Positions 34,969 through 44,666 of a stretch of DNA of 64,000 bases are shown piece by piece; within the stretch, counting starts at the first letter, position 1; each line of letters starts with the position of its first letter. The translations under genes were made by a program, and so were the position numbers. Source of the stretch: a virus. Its lineage: Duplodnaviria; Caudoviricetes. The notes below the pieces were generated by a model that worked only from the letters and a program-made list of their open reading frames with translations, searched no databases and was not told the origin of the DNA. The DNA lies in IMG/VR virus record IMGVR_UViG_2595698868_000001, positions 128,001 through 192,000 of that record; one strand, given 5' to 3'.

Positions 34969-35358
34969 TCATTCGTCCGTGATTCGGCATTTGCGGCGAG
35001 GTGGTGAGCAGTGGTAGCCGTCGCGGCGACCTGTATAGCTGTAGCCGGTATCCCACTTGCAAAACCCGGCCAGAGTGATCTCAATCAGGCAATCCGCTTC
35101 TTCTTCGATCAGCGGCGAGCCTTCGCGCTTACTGCGGAGCACGGTGGTCAACTCGATCCCTTCACCCAGGACTGCACCATGGAACAGTTGCCGGCGCGCC
35201 CAGGCGATCGCTGCTCCGAAATGGGCGAAGCGCCGCGTACGTTCGTAATCTTCAATGCGTGCGACTTCCGAGGCATCTGCCATCTGGGGGTCCAGCCACT
35301 TCAAATCGAAGACAGGCCCAAGGGCCTCTTGCTTCGATTGTGCTTTCGACTTCGCCAA
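34969..35358 (-). CDS. hypothetical protein
   Basis: Downstream of promoter motif at 35417-35431; start uncertain. Confidence 0.5.
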   Translation of the reverse strand: MAKSKAQSKQEALGPVFDLKWLDPQMADASEVARIEDYERTRRFAHFGAAIAWARRQLFHGAVLGEGIELTTVLRSKREGSPLIEEEADCLIEITLAGFCKWDTGYSYTGRRDGYHCSPPRRKCRITDE

Positions 35359-35416
35359 CGCGGCGTCCCCACTGACTAGGCTGGATAACTTGGAGCGGAA
35401 CCTAGATGGCTCGGCG

Positions 35417-35431
35417 CCGGCTGTCAACTCT
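35417..35431 (-). promoter_or_regulatory. phage promoter motif
   Basis: AGAGTTGACAGCCGG on minus strand. Confidence 0.65.
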
Positions 35432-35533
35432 CGGCCTCGCCATTTTGGCCGGCATGTCAAAGTTGGTTGCATGATCGACCGGAGGTGGGCCGGCGGCAGC
35501 CGGTCACGAGCGCCGCCGAAGGCCAGCGAGTGA

Positions 35534-36301
35534 TCACGCGTGATCGAAAACGCGTGCCTCGAAGTTGCTCTCGATCTTCAGCCCCGCCGCCATGGCAAGG
35601 TCGATGATCTCCTCGCTCATGTGACGAGGGAAGTCACGCGAAGCCTGCCTGATTTCCGCAACGGTTCCTGGTCCCACGATCTGGCGGATTTGCCGCTCCA
35701 TCCGATCGAGGTTCTCGAATGTCTCGCACAGGCGGACCATGGTGCGCTCCAGGACACGCTCGGGAGAGACCCAAGAAACACCGTTAGGCAATCGGGGCGA
35801 GTTCTGACCACTGCGCCCATAGACGATGCGTACGTGCCGTCGCGCTTCATTGACCTCGGCGCCGAGGTCTTCGAGCGAGTGGTCCAAGGCCGAGCCGAGA
35901 TGCCAATCGAAGATCATGTCTTCGAGGCGACAGCCGAACTGCCAGAGCATCGCCATCGAGACCAGAAGCGACTTCACATCGGCCTCAGGGAGAGGGCAGT
36001 CTGCTAGACTGAGCAGCGCTTCGGCGCGCTCGAAGGCCGCCGACGCCACTGAAAGCATCCGATTGATCGGGCGCTTCATAGGGTGCAGATCGTCCCAAGC
36101 GTCGTAATTGAAGGGCTTATTCTCCTCGGAACGCAGGTAGGTATCGAACATCTGTTCCTGGTCACGCTTCACTGCGGCGCCGATGATGGATTTGAACATG
36201 GCCGAGTTACCCCAGGCGGACATGGCCTGTGCCGAAATGGCGGCTGCGGTAGACATCGACCCTAAGGCCGCTATCATCTGAGCGTTCTTGGACGTTTTCA
36301 T
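35534..36301 (-). CDS. hypothetical protein
   Basis: 255-aa coupled ORF. Confidence 0.6.
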   Translation of the reverse strand: MKTSKNAQMIAALGSMSTAAAISAQAMSAWGNSAMFKSIIGAAVKRDQEQMFDTYLRSEENKPFNYDAWDDLHPMKRPINRMLSVASAAFERAEALLSLADCPLPEADVKSLLVSMAMLWQFGCRLEDMIFDWHLGSALDHSLEDLGAEVNEARRHVRIVYGRSGQNSPRLPNGVSWVSPERVLERTMVRLCETFENLDRMERQIRQIVGPGTVAEIRQASRDFPRHMSEEIIDLAMAAGLKIESNFEARVFDHA

Positions 36302-36558
36302 CGCACGGCGTGAAGCGGAAGGTTGTTGCTCAGTGGTAGGAAGAAGTCGACCTTGGGCGAAGCTCCACCGGCAATCGCCTTCGTCTCAGCGTCGAAGACC
36401 GAGGTCAGCGCCTCTTCCCGCGTCACGAAGACGCCGGCTGCATGCCCCTTGGCGCGGATCATCTCGGCGAGCAGTTCGCGCGCCATCACCAGCTTCTGAT
36501 CTTCCGTCATCCCCAACAACGTGCGGATATGGTGATCGCGGGCCGACAACTCAGACAT
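36298..36558 (-). CDS. hypothetical protein
   Basis: 86-aa coupled ORF with RBS. Confidence 0.6.
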   Translation of the reverse strand: MSELSARDHHIRTLLGMTEDQKLVMARELLAEMIRAKGHAAGVFVTREEALTSVFDAETKAIAGGASPKVDFFLPLSNNLPLHAVR

Positions 36559-36895
36559 GGTGCTCTTTATCCTTGTAGATGATCAGGGCGCTGAGCGTGC
36601 TGTAGAGGCTCAGGAACTGGTCAAGGCTCTCCGTTTCGGCAACCCTGCACATGCCGCCGAAGAACTCGTCGGGTCGGCGTAACTCGGGCCACGTCTCCCA
36701 ATTGATCAGATCACTTTCGGTCACCCGAGAAGCGTCCAAGAAAATCTGGAAGATAGGATCGGTGAACCAGCAGTACGCGACCTGATCACCCTGCTGGATC
36801 GCCAGGATATTTCCGACACGCAAGATGCGGCCGTCCGCGCGCGTCATGTCGCAGCGGTATTCGGCTTCGTAGGAGGTGATCCTGAGGTGGCGCAC
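36551..36895 (-). CDS. hypothetical protein
   Basis: 114-aa coupled ORF. Confidence 0.55.
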   Translation of the reverse strand: MRHLRITSYEAEYRCDMTRADGRILRVGNILAIQQGDQVAYCWFTDPIFQIFLDASRVTESDLINWETWPELRRPDEFFGGMCRVAETESLDQFLSLYSTLSALIIYKDKEHHV

Positions 36896-36900
36896 CCGAA

Positions 36901-37392
36901 CTAGGCCTTCTTCCAGTTTAGCAGGCGGTAGACGCTGTTGCGCGTGCGGATGATGCCCTTATCGTCGGGGCCAGCGAGGATGTAGCTGGTCGTGATGATC
37001 TCGCCGCGCCGGAAGCGCCCCTTGCGATCCTCGCTGACCAGGACGCCGCGCGCGATGTTGTACTTGTCGACCTTGAAGATCGTCGCGCGATCCAGTTCAC
37101 CGTCGACTTCCAGGGTGAGATCGACGACATGCGGACCCCAAAGGTCGCGCGACGTATAGATCGTCGCCTTGCGGTTCAGGTTGAGACGTTCGATGAACGT
37201 GGGCCACCAGGGTTGCAGGCTGTAGATGAAGTAGAGGTTGTTCACCTCCGTATCGGTCAGCGCGTCGCCCGGTGTGAAATCGATGGACACGTGGTGCCAC
37301 GCGATCGTGTTGTCCTCGTCCGAGAGGAAGGCGCGATATAGGGGCCGTTGGCGGTCGAACGCGGGCGCTTCGGGGCTGGTGTCGTAAGGCAT
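36901..37392 (-). CDS. hypothetical protein
   Basis: C-terminal DRKGRFRRGEIITTS..IRTRNSVYRL phage domain. Confidence 0.65.
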   Translation of the reverse strand: MPYDTSPEAPAFDRQRPLYRAFLSDEDNTIAWHHVSIDFTPGDALTDTEVNNLYFIYSLQPWWPTFIERLNLNRKATIYTSRDLWGPHVVDLTLEVDGELDRATIFKVDKYNIARGVLVSEDRKGRFRRGEIITTSYILAGPDDKGIIRTRNSVYRLLNWKKA

Positions 37393-37404
37393 CTTGGTCT
37401 CGAT

Positions 37405-37647
37405 TTAAGGCTTGGGTTTGTACTCGTCCCAGAACTGCGAGGTGTCCATGAACAGGAATCCATGAAGCACCCGCAGCCAGTCATGGACTTCCGACGGCGG
37501 ACCACCTGGAGCCACACCGCCGTAATAGGCGCAGTAGCAAGGTCCGGGGCCTGCTCCGATACAATCCTCACAATCGTAGGATGGCCAGCCCAGCCGATCC
37601 AACCAAAGGAAGATTGCCCAGAAGAGGCGCGAGCGTCGGAAGCCCAT
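37405..37647 (-). CDS. hypothetical Cys-rich protein
   Basis: CEDC..CYC. Confidence 0.5.
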   Translation of the reverse strand: MGFRRSRLFWAIFLWLDRLGWPSYDCEDCIGAGPGPCYCAYYGGVAPGGPPSEVHDWLRVLHGFLFMDTSQFWDEYKPKP

Positions 37648-37653
37648 CTGCGG

Positions 37654-38076
37654 TTACTCAGGGGAGGCTTCGGCGGCCGGGGCTTCCGGAGCAGCTTCAG
37701 CCGCCTGGGCGCCGCGCCCACGCGGAGCCTTCGCAGCCGGGGCGGCTTCCGCAGCCGGCTTCACATCTTCGGCGACGCCGGCCTGGACTTGATCGACGGC
37801 TTCGATCGCCTCGAAGGCGACTTCGAACGCATCCGGCTTGACGACCGACAGGATGGCCGGCGAGAAGGTCTCGTCCAGCACCAGCCATTCGCCGGCTTCG
37901 GCGTTCTGGGTGACGCCCGACTTGGTCGGCACCAGGAGCACGCCTAGGCTGTCGACGACCGGCGTCTCCCCCGTCGGCGTGAAGACGCGGAACTCTTGCA
38001 GCCATTGGGGCTTCTGGGCGCCGGGCTGGTATTGCCACGCCTTCACGGGCGTGGACTTGCGGCGGTATTCGGTCAT
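37654..38076 (-). CDS. hypothetical protein
   Basis: YRRK..VKAWQY..GEWLV..KPDAFE family-like; Ala/Glu/Pro tail. Confidence 0.7.
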   Translation of the reverse strand: MTEYRRKSTPVKAWQYQPGAQKPQWLQEFRVFTPTGETPVVDSLGVLLVPTKSGVTQNAEAGEWLVLDETFSPAILSVVKPDAFEVAFEAIEAVDQVQAGVAEDVKPAAEAAPAAKAPRGRGAQAAEAAPEAPAAEASPE

Positions 38077-38102
38077 GGGAACTCCGTTGTGACCTGAGTG
38101 GA

Positions 38103-39026
38103 TTAGGTAGCCAGAAGCGAAGGCGACTGGATCGTCTGGGCATAGCGTTCGATCGCGCCGGAGATGCGGTCACGAAGCTCCTGCGGTTCGAAACGCCGGG
38201 AGGGTCCGTGCATCTCCAGCAGGCGCATGGCGCCAGTGAGGAGACGCACCCGCATCGCCGCCGAGACGTAGATACCGACGTTGTCGTCGAAGTCGATGAT
38301 CTCGTCGAGGTACATCGGTCCCTGCGGCGAGTTGAATTCGATGCAAGCCTCGATGTTGGCGATGCGATCGGCGACCTTGACCGGCGCCGCCTTGGGCAGG
38401 TCTGCGATTTTCGCGTACTGCTGCTTATTGCGGGCCTTGCGGTTCTGCTTGACGCCGTCGATGTACATCTCGCCAGTGACGGCCCAGACCAAGTCTTCGA
38501 TCTCGTCACCATAGCGGGCGCGAACACGGACGCGGCGCGATACCATCGCTTCGTCTTCCCAGCAGTCCTCTTCCACGTCATGGAGCCAGCCCACGACGAG
38601 GTAGCGCCAGCCGGCATCGAAGTCGCGCAGCACTTGGACGACCTTGCCCAGGTGATAGCCGTGCCGCAACTTACGCGCCTCGTCGTACCATTGCTCACCG
38701 TGGTGCATGACGGCGAAACGGCGCGCGTCTTCGATGATGTGCGTACCGTCGGTGTGATACGTCTCCTGTTCGCCCGTATCCGGATCGATGAAGTACATCA
38801 TCGGCAGGCCGCTGAGACGAATCGGGTGATGCGTCTTGCCCGAGGCGATCGAGAACCAAACCTCGCCGGTACGTGCGACTTCAGCCGCCTCCTCGGGGGT
38901 CAGCTTCCAGCACGAGATGTTCTCGATACCGTTGCCGTGGACGTAGAGAGGCCGCACATGGTCCTCGGTGCCCGGCGCCGGATTGAGCACCTTGTTCCAG
39001 CCGCAGAAGTCGATGGGGTCCGCCAT
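38103..39026 (-). CDS. HD-domain hydrolase (RelA/SpoT/Mesh1-like) with N-terminal extra domain
   Basis: HHGEQ..YHLGKV..WLHDVEED..VKVADRIAN. Confidence 0.8.
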   Translation of the reverse strand: MADPIDFCGWNKVLNPAPGTEDHVRPLYVHGNGIENISCWKLTPEEAAEVARTGEVWFSIASGKTHHPIRLSGLPMMYFIDPDTGEQETYHTDGTHIIEDARRFAVMHHGEQWYDEARKLRHGYHLGKVVQVLRDFDAGWRYLVVGWLHDVEEDCWEDEAMVSRRVRVRARYGDEIEDLVWAVTGEMYIDGVKQNRKARNKQQYAKIADLPKAAPVKVADRIANIEACIEFNSPQGPMYLDEIIDFDDNVGIYVSAAMRVRLLTGAMRLLEMHGPSRRFEPQELRDRISGAIERYAQTIQSPSLLAT

Positions 39027-39577
39027 CAGAGCGCCTTTCGCATCGCCAGCACCTCGTCCAGGTGCAAAGGCGTGAAGTTAGTCTGCTCGACACAGACGTT
39101 GATGTAGCGTGGGTCCGTCTTGTTCATCAGACGGGGCCAGCGCGGGTGGGGCACCTTCTTGGCGTGGAGATGCCCGTGAACATTCCACCCGAAGCGGTCG
39201 ACTTCCGACGTGTGGATCGGCACGTGCGTCAGAGCCAGTCGGTGTTCTGGCATCACTCGGATGCCGTAGACCTCCTTAAAATACTCCAGGTATTCCGTGG
39301 TCTTGAAGACGTCGTGGTTGCCCCGGATCAGGCGCTTACTGCCGTTGAGGCGGCCGACCAGATGCAGGTTGCGTTTCGTGATGACGATGTCGCCCAGCAG
39401 GTACGCCTTGTCCTGTGGCTTCACCAGGGCGTTCCAGCGGGAGATGATCGCTTCGTTCATCTCATCGGCGTTCGCAAACGGCCGCAGCGGCGTAACGCCG
39501 TCGGGCATCTTGAACTCGGTACAGGTCTTCTCGTGACCCAGATGCAGGTCGGACAGGAACCAGATGTCAGCCGGCAT
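39026..39577 (-). CDS. calcineurin-like metallophosphoesterase
   Basis: SDLHLGH, LLGD, RGNHD, LTHVP, HGHLH, NVCVE. Confidence 0.9.
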   Translation of the reverse strand: MPADIWFLSDLHLGHEKTCTEFKMPDGVTPLRPFANADEMNEAIISRWNALVKPQDKAYLLGDIVITKRNLHLVGRLNGSKRLIRGNHDVFKTTEYLEYFKEVYGIRVMPEHRLALTHVPIHTSEVDRFGWNVHGHLHAKKVPHPRWPRLMNKTDPRYINVCVEQTNFTPLHLDEVLAMRKAL

Positions 39578-39840
39578 CAGTCACCTCCACCGCCGCCATC
39601 GCAGGCTCCGGCATCACCACCACCCGAGCAGGAACTGCCCGAATGACTACCGCCGGACCAGCCGCCATCGGCGAACATGTAGGCCCAGCCACCATCTCCG
39701 CCCGACGATGAGCCGCTTCCGCCACCACGGCGCGCGCCGCGCCGATCATGCTGGTCGTCGAGAGCCTGAAGCTTCGAGACGCCCCAGATGAGGAAAGCAG
39801 CGATCAACAAAACGCCGACAATGATCAAAGGCGTGGGCAT
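39577..39840 (-). CDS. small membrane protein with Gly-rich tail
   Basis: N-terminal TM helix; tail SSCSGGGDAGACDGGGGGD. Confidence 0.65.
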   Translation of the reverse strand: MPTPLIIVGVLLIAAFLIWGVSKLQALDDQHDRRGARRGGGSGSSSGGDGGWAYMFADGGWSGGSHSGSSCSGGGDAGACDGGGGGD

Positions 39841-39854
39841 TGGTTCTCCTTGGG

Positions 39855-40244
39855 CTAGATCAGCCCGAACTTGATCTTTTCGTCGTCCTTGCGCCGGCAG
39901 GCGTCGGGGTCGAGTGCATGGATACGGTTGAGGGTGTCGGTCAGACAGGAGTCGACCGACAAGCCCAGGTTCTCCGCCAGGATCAGCAGACTGATCGCCA
40001 GATCACCCACTTCACCCCTGGTCTCACCGGCCTTCTTGGCGGAGACGTATGCGGCGACGAGGACGAAATCGGCTTCGGTCAAACCTTGGGTCTGGCCCAA
40101 CTCCATCGCCTCCTCTACGAGGCGAAGCGCCTGATAGCGGGAACCGAGGGCACGGTTCCCGTAAGTGTCCAGAGCCCACTGGTAGGCGGTCTCCTGACGC
40201 TTACGAAGCCGATCGTGAACGATCTGCGCTACACCCTCAGACAT
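39855..40244 (-). CDS. MazG-like nucleotide pyrophosphohydrolase
   Basis: RLVEEAMEL..GEVGDL. Confidence 0.6.
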   Translation of the reverse strand: MSEGVAQIVHDRLRKRQETAYQWALDTYGNRALGSRYQALRLVEEAMELGQTQGLTEADFVLVAAYVSAKKAGETRGEVGDLAISLLILAENLGLSVDSCLTDTLNRIHALDPDACRRKDDEKIKFGLI

Positions 40245-40268
40245 TACTTCGTCCCCCACAAACGGAGC

Positions 40269-41498
40269 CTAACCCTTGACGCACAACACCTGCTTGAGGG
40301 TGGCGACGATCTCCACCATTTCTTCCTGGGCCGCCATGACGAGTTCGATCGGCTTGTAAGCCTTCGGCGTCTCGTCGATCACGCCTTCGTCCTTGCGGCA
40401 CTCGACGCCCTTCGTGGCTTCGACGTGCTCGTCCAGGGAGACGAGCTTCTTCGCCGCCGAACGCGACATGACGCGGCCGGCGCCGTGGCTGCACGAGCAG
40501 AAGGCGTCAGCGTGGCCCTTGCCGCGCACGATGAACGACTTGGCGCCCATCGAACCCGGAATGATGCCGAGTTCGTCCTTCTGCGCCGACACCGCGCCCT
40601 TGCGGGTCACGAAGATGTCCTCGCCGAAGTGGCGTTCCTTGTTGACGTAGTTGTGGTGACAGTTCACCGCTTCCTTGTCGGTCTTGAACGCCGGCACGAA
40701 CTCCCGGATCGCCTTGAGCACGCGGACCATCATCATGTCGCGGTTCAGGCGCGCGAAGTCTTGCGCCCAGCCCACGGCTTCGATGTAGTCGTCGAAATCC
40801 TGCTCGCCCACTTCGAGCCACGCGAGGTTCTCGTCCTGCGGGCGCACATGGCGCTTTGCCAGGGCGTTCTTCGCCTTCTCGATGAAGTAGTTGCCGATCA
40901 CGTTGCCGACGCCGCGCGATCCCGAGTGCAGCATCACCCACACGTTCGGGTCCGTCGTCCCCTGATCGGTCTGGATGCAGATTTCGATGAAGTGGTTGCC
41001 GCCACCCAGCGACCCGAGTTGGGTCACGTTGTTCGACGTCTCCAAGATCGGATGCTTTTCGCACAGCTTCTTGAACCGCGCCTCCAGCCCAGAATCGATC
41101 CAGGCACGCATGATAGAGTTCGGGATGCCATGACGACCCGGTTCCTGCCACGAACCCTTCGCGCCCGGCCCGCCGTGCGGAACCGCACGTTCGATCGCCG
41201 AACGCATCGCCGCCAAGTTGTCCGGCAGTTGCGAAGCAGTCAGCGTGGTGCGCACAGCCATCATGCCGCAGCCGATGTCGACGCCGACCGCGTACGGGAT
41301 CACCGCATCCTTGGTCGGGATCACCGAACCAACGGCTGCGCCGTACCCGGCGTGGACGTCGGGCATCACCGCGACGTGCTTGAACACGAACGGCAGCCCG
41401 GCGACGTTGTGGGCCTGATCTTCGGCGCCGCGCTCGAAAGGCACACCGTCGACCCAAGCCTTGATTTGCCCGCCGTAGCGGCCGTCGATTTCGAGCAC
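40269..41498 (-). CDS. rtcB: RtcB RNA 2',3'-cyclic phosphate ligase
   Basis: MPDVHAG, VGVDIGCG, GGGNHFIE, HSGSRG, HHNY, RKGA, PGSMG, SHGAGR, DETPKAYK. Confidence 0.96.
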   Translation of the reverse strand: MLEIDGRYGGQIKAWVDGVPFERGAEDQAHNVAGLPFVFKHVAVMPDVHAGYGAAVGSVIPTKDAVIPYAVGVDIGCGMMAVRTTLTASQLPDNLAAMRSAIERAVPHGGPGAKGSWQEPGRHGIPNSIMRAWIDSGLEARFKKLCEKHPILETSNNVTQLGSLGGGNHFIEICIQTDQGTTDPNVWVMLHSGSRGVGNVIGNYFIEKAKNALAKRHVRPQDENLAWLEVGEQDFDDYIEAVGWAQDFARLNRDMMMVRVLKAIREFVPAFKTDKEAVNCHHNYVNKERHFGEDIFVTRKGAVSAQKDELGIIPGSMGAKSFIVRGKGHADAFCSCSHGAGRVMSRSAAKKLVSLDEHVEATKGVECRKDEGVIDETPKAYKPIELVMAAQEEMVEIVATLKQVLCVKG

Positions 41499-41529
41499 CG
41501 TTCTCTCCTATGCCAGTCAGACTGGCACT

Positions 41530-41760
41530 TCAACCATGTCCGGGCTCATCCGTCAACACTTGGCCGTCATTCGCCAGCAGTTTGCGTATCGCTTCCGCCT
41601 GGAACTGAGCGTTCCGTTCCTCGATCGGGTTGACGCCGACGAGGTGCTCTAGAAACTCGGCGCTGTCGTCGAGCATCGCACGAAGTGTGGCGATCCGCTT
41701 GGTCAGTCGCTCCTCGACAGTCATGGCGCCTGGAAAGGCTTGAACGTTCGACATCTTCAA
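41530..41760 (-). CDS. hypothetical protein
   Basis: 76-aa ORF overlapping upstream stop. Confidence 0.5.
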   Translation of the reverse strand: MKMSNVQAFPGAMTVEERLTKRIATLRAMLDDSAEFLEHLVGVNPIEERNAQFQAEAIRKLLANDGQVLTDEPGHG

Positions 41761-42839
41761 GCCTTAGACATGGCAAGCAGCCACTGAGGGATGGTGACGT
41801 TCAGGCGATCGTTGACCGCCGCCGCCTGGGTGGAGATCGTGTTCGCCAAGTCTCGGGCCGACTGCATGATCATCATGATCGTCTGCTGGCCCTGGACGAG
41901 ACTGCCCAGGCGCTGGCCCGCGATGATCTGCTGGTTCGGCACGGTCAGCGCGGTGGTCGCCACCTCCAGCACCAAGGTATCCAGCCGCAGCGTTTCCAGG
42001 CGAGGCTGCATCTCTTCGATCTGCCGATTGACCTCGGCATCCAGCTTCTGGAGGATATCGCGGGCCTGCTCCAGGCGCACACGATAGAACTCGGGCTTCG
42101 ATCGGGCGAAGCGATCCAGGAACGACGGCGGTCGCGAATAGGAGTGCTCGCACTCCTGCGCCCATTGCACGGCGTTTGCGGTCGACAGCTTCGAGGTGTG
42201 GTCCTTGTGACGCTGAGCTTGATCGGTCAGCGCACGCATTTCCTTCTCGCCCCAGGTGATCCACTCGGAGGGCGACTGCTTCAGAAACATCTCCAGACGG
42301 CCACGGAAACGTGGATCGTTCGCCAGCTTTGCGTCCTTTGCAACAGCCGCTTCCATCATGGCGGGCGCTCGGGGATCGCCGCCGATCACCTTGTTGCTGG
42401 GACCTTCGAATCGGCGCGGAGCACCGCCGCCCCCCGCACCCGACACAGGTCGAGCCTGAAGCGGGAGGGCAGCCGGGATGTGAACTTGTCGAGTCGGTTG
42501 ACCAATCTGGTGCAGGTCCAGTGTGGTGCCGCTGTCCCCGCGCGTACCGGGCGTGCCATTGCTCATGCTGGGTACATGACGTTCCCGACCGGCGTTGGCG
42601 ATAATATCGGCGGCTGGAAGACTCAAGGCGCGCGGCGGCGACGCATTTTCTGGACGCGAAGTCGTCTTGGACGGCGCGGCGGGGAGATTGCCGAAGTTCA
42701 AGGCCTTTGGGATCGCATCCTTTTCCATCGGCATGGTACGCGCTCGCTGTAGCTTAGAAAGGTCCAGCGGACGGGGTTCATCCCCGTCCGCCGGCTTGGC
42801 CGGGAACACGAGCGGCTTAGGCTCGTAGTCCCCCGCCAT
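41757..42839 (-). CDS. Pro-rich N-terminus + TelA-like helical C-terminus
   Basis: Last large gene of Ter cluster; C-terminal NVTIPQW resembles TelA-type tail. Confidence 0.55.
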   Translation of the reverse strand: MAGDYEPKPLVFPAKPADGDEPRPLDLSKLQRARTMPMEKDAIPKALNFGNLPAAPSKTTSRPENASPPRALSLPAADIIANAGRERHVPSMSNGTPGTRGDSGTTLDLHQIGQPTRQVHIPAALPLQARPVSGAGGGGAPRRFEGPSNKVIGGDPRAPAMMEAAVAKDAKLANDPRFRGRLEMFLKQSPSEWITWGEKEMRALTDQAQRHKDHTSKLSTANAVQWAQECEHSYSRPPSFLDRFARSKPEFYRVRLEQARDILQKLDAEVNRQIEEMQPRLETLRLDTLVLEVATTALTVPNQQIIAGQRLGSLVQGQQTIMMIMQSARDLANTISTQAAAVNDRLNVTIPQWLLAMSKA

Positions 42840-43496
42840 TTACGAGACGGTGGTGCCGGCCGGGGCCAGCAGCTTCACGAAGTCCGCCAGCGACGCAGCG
42901 GCGGGCACGCCCAGCGCCTTGAAGCGGAATTCGCCGTCCTTCTTGTAGAACGTGCCGAACTGGAGAGCGGTGGCGCCGCCGGCGTCTTCTTCCAGGTCGT
43001 AGTTGGCGATGGCCAGGGCCTTGTAGTCGGCTTCGGTCATGCCCGGATTGGCGGCTTCGGCGGCGAGCAGAGCGGCTTCTTCGTAGACGCGCACGTAGGC
43101 GTTGCGGACCAGACCGAAGTTCTGGTTGCGGGCAGCGGCTTCGTGGATCGTCACGGCGACGATGATCTCGTCGACGGCCGGGTTCAGCAGGCTGGTGTCG
43201 ATGGTGATGCGCTCATCATCGCCAGCGCCGTCGCCGGTCAGGTTGTCGCCCGAGTGGACGATCGCGCCGTCGGCGGACTTCAGGTTGCCGTAGAACACGA
43301 AGCTTTGCGAGGCCGGCGACAGCAGCTTGGGATCACCGTTGGCGTCCTTGACGCACGGGAACGCCGAGGCGTCCAGGTCCGGCGGGTTCTGCGGGTTCGG
43401 GTTCCAGCCCAGGCCCACCACGAAGCGCGAGACGCCCGGCGCGGTCTTCGACAGGTTCACGTTCGAACCCTTGGTCAGATTGATGGTGTCGGTCAC
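42840..43496 (-). CDS. terD: TerD-family stress protein
   Basis: INLTKGSNVNL, VGLGW, DLDASAF, FVFYGN, HSGDNLTGDGAGDDE, QNFG. Confidence 0.93.
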   Translation of the reverse strand: MTDTINLTKGSNVNLSKTAPGVSRFVVGLGWNPNPQNPPDLDASAFPCVKDANGDPKLLSPASQSFVFYGNLKSADGAIVHSGDNLTGDGAGDDERITIDTSLLNPAVDEIIVAVTIHEAAARNQNFGLVRNAYVRVYEEAALLAAEAANPGMTEADYKALAIANYDLEEDAGGATALQFGTFYKKDGEFRFKALGVPAAASLADFVKLLAPAGTTVS

Positions 43497-43572
43497 GACA
43501 TCCTCTCCTTTTCGTCAGATCAGGGCGAAGGTTGACCCGACGGCGTTCGCCCTTTCGCCGTCAGGTATAGTT

Positions 43573-44604
43573 TTACTCGCCCGCGACGGCTTGCTTCAAG
43601 GCGGCGCGGTTGGCGAGCAGCGAGGTGATGAAAGCCGCGCCGATGAAACCAGCGCCAGCGAGACCCTTGACGATCTCGGGCAGTTCGTAGATCGGACCGA
43701 TCAGCATCATGCCGGCGAGCGCCAGGATTGCCCAGAAGGCTCCCATCTCCAGGTGCGGGAACTCGGTCAGCGTGCCGCGATCAACCGCCAGCAGCGTCAG
43801 TTCCCGAACGGCCAGGGCGCCCACGCCGAGACCCACCATGATCCAGACGATGTTGCTCGTCAGTGCGAAGGCGCCGATGACGCCGTCAAACGAGAAGCTG
43901 GCGTCCAGGACTTCCAGGTAGATGAAGCCGCCGATGCCGGCGCGGATGACCTTGTCGGCGCCGCCGCCTGCGATCGTGCCGAGCGTCTTGGTGATCGAGA
44001 AGAGGACGATGCCGACGAGACCCGCCGTCAGGTAGCTGTAGCGGAGGGCTTCGGGAACGAACGGAGCGATCACGAGCAGGGCGATCACGGCGATGACGGC
44101 TTCAGCCATGGTCGCGAGGCCCAGCTTGTTGAACAGGGCTTCGATCGGGCCGAGCCAATGGCTTTCCTTTTCCTGGTTCAGGAAGTATTCCAGGCCGACC
44201 AGCAACAGGAACGTGCCGCCGAACGCCGCGACGATGTGATGCACGCCTTCCAGCGTGTGGCCGTATCGGTTCGGGTCTTGGAACGCCATCTCCAGCACGG
44301 CCGCCGGCGACATGTGCGCCGCGAAGGCGACGATCAGGATCGGGAAGATGAAGCGCATGCCGAACACGGCGATGATGATGCCGACGCCCAGGAAGAGCTT
44401 CTTCCACTTCTCGTCCCAATTCTGAAGAACGTGGGCGTTGACGACGGCGTTGTCGAACGACAGCGAGATTTCCAGGATCGCCAGAAAGCCGACCGTGTAG
44501 GCCAGCGTCAGGCCGCCCATGAAGCCGGCGACGCCGACCGCGAGAACGAAAGCGATCAGCGGGACCGCGAAGTAGCTCCAGATGGAGCGGTGTTGGGTGG
44601 GCAC
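43573..44604 (-). CDS. TerC-like integral membrane protein (DUF475)
   Basis: LEISLSFDNAVVNA, YLEVLDASFSFDGVIGAFA, HLEMGAFWAI. Confidence 0.9.
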   Translation of the reverse strand: MPTQHRSIWSYFAVPLIAFVLAVGVAGFMGGLTLAYTVGFLAILEISLSFDNAVVNAHVLQNWDEKWKKLFLGVGIIIAVFGMRFIFPILIVAFAAHMSPAAVLEMAFQDPNRYGHTLEGVHHIVAAFGGTFLLLVGLEYFLNQEKESHWLGPIEALFNKLGLATMAEAVIAVIALLVIAPFVPEALRYSYLTAGLVGIVLFSITKTLGTIAGGGADKVIRAGIGGFIYLEVLDASFSFDGVIGAFALTSNIVWIMVGLGVGALAVRELTLLAVDRGTLTEFPHLEMGAFWAILALAGMMLIGPIYELPEIVKGLAGAGFIGAAFITSLLANRAALKQAVAGE

Positions 44605-44666
44605 GAAGGTGAACTCCTATGCTTGAGGGCTGGAAGGGCGTCGGCTCGACCGACGCCCCAGCGGGA

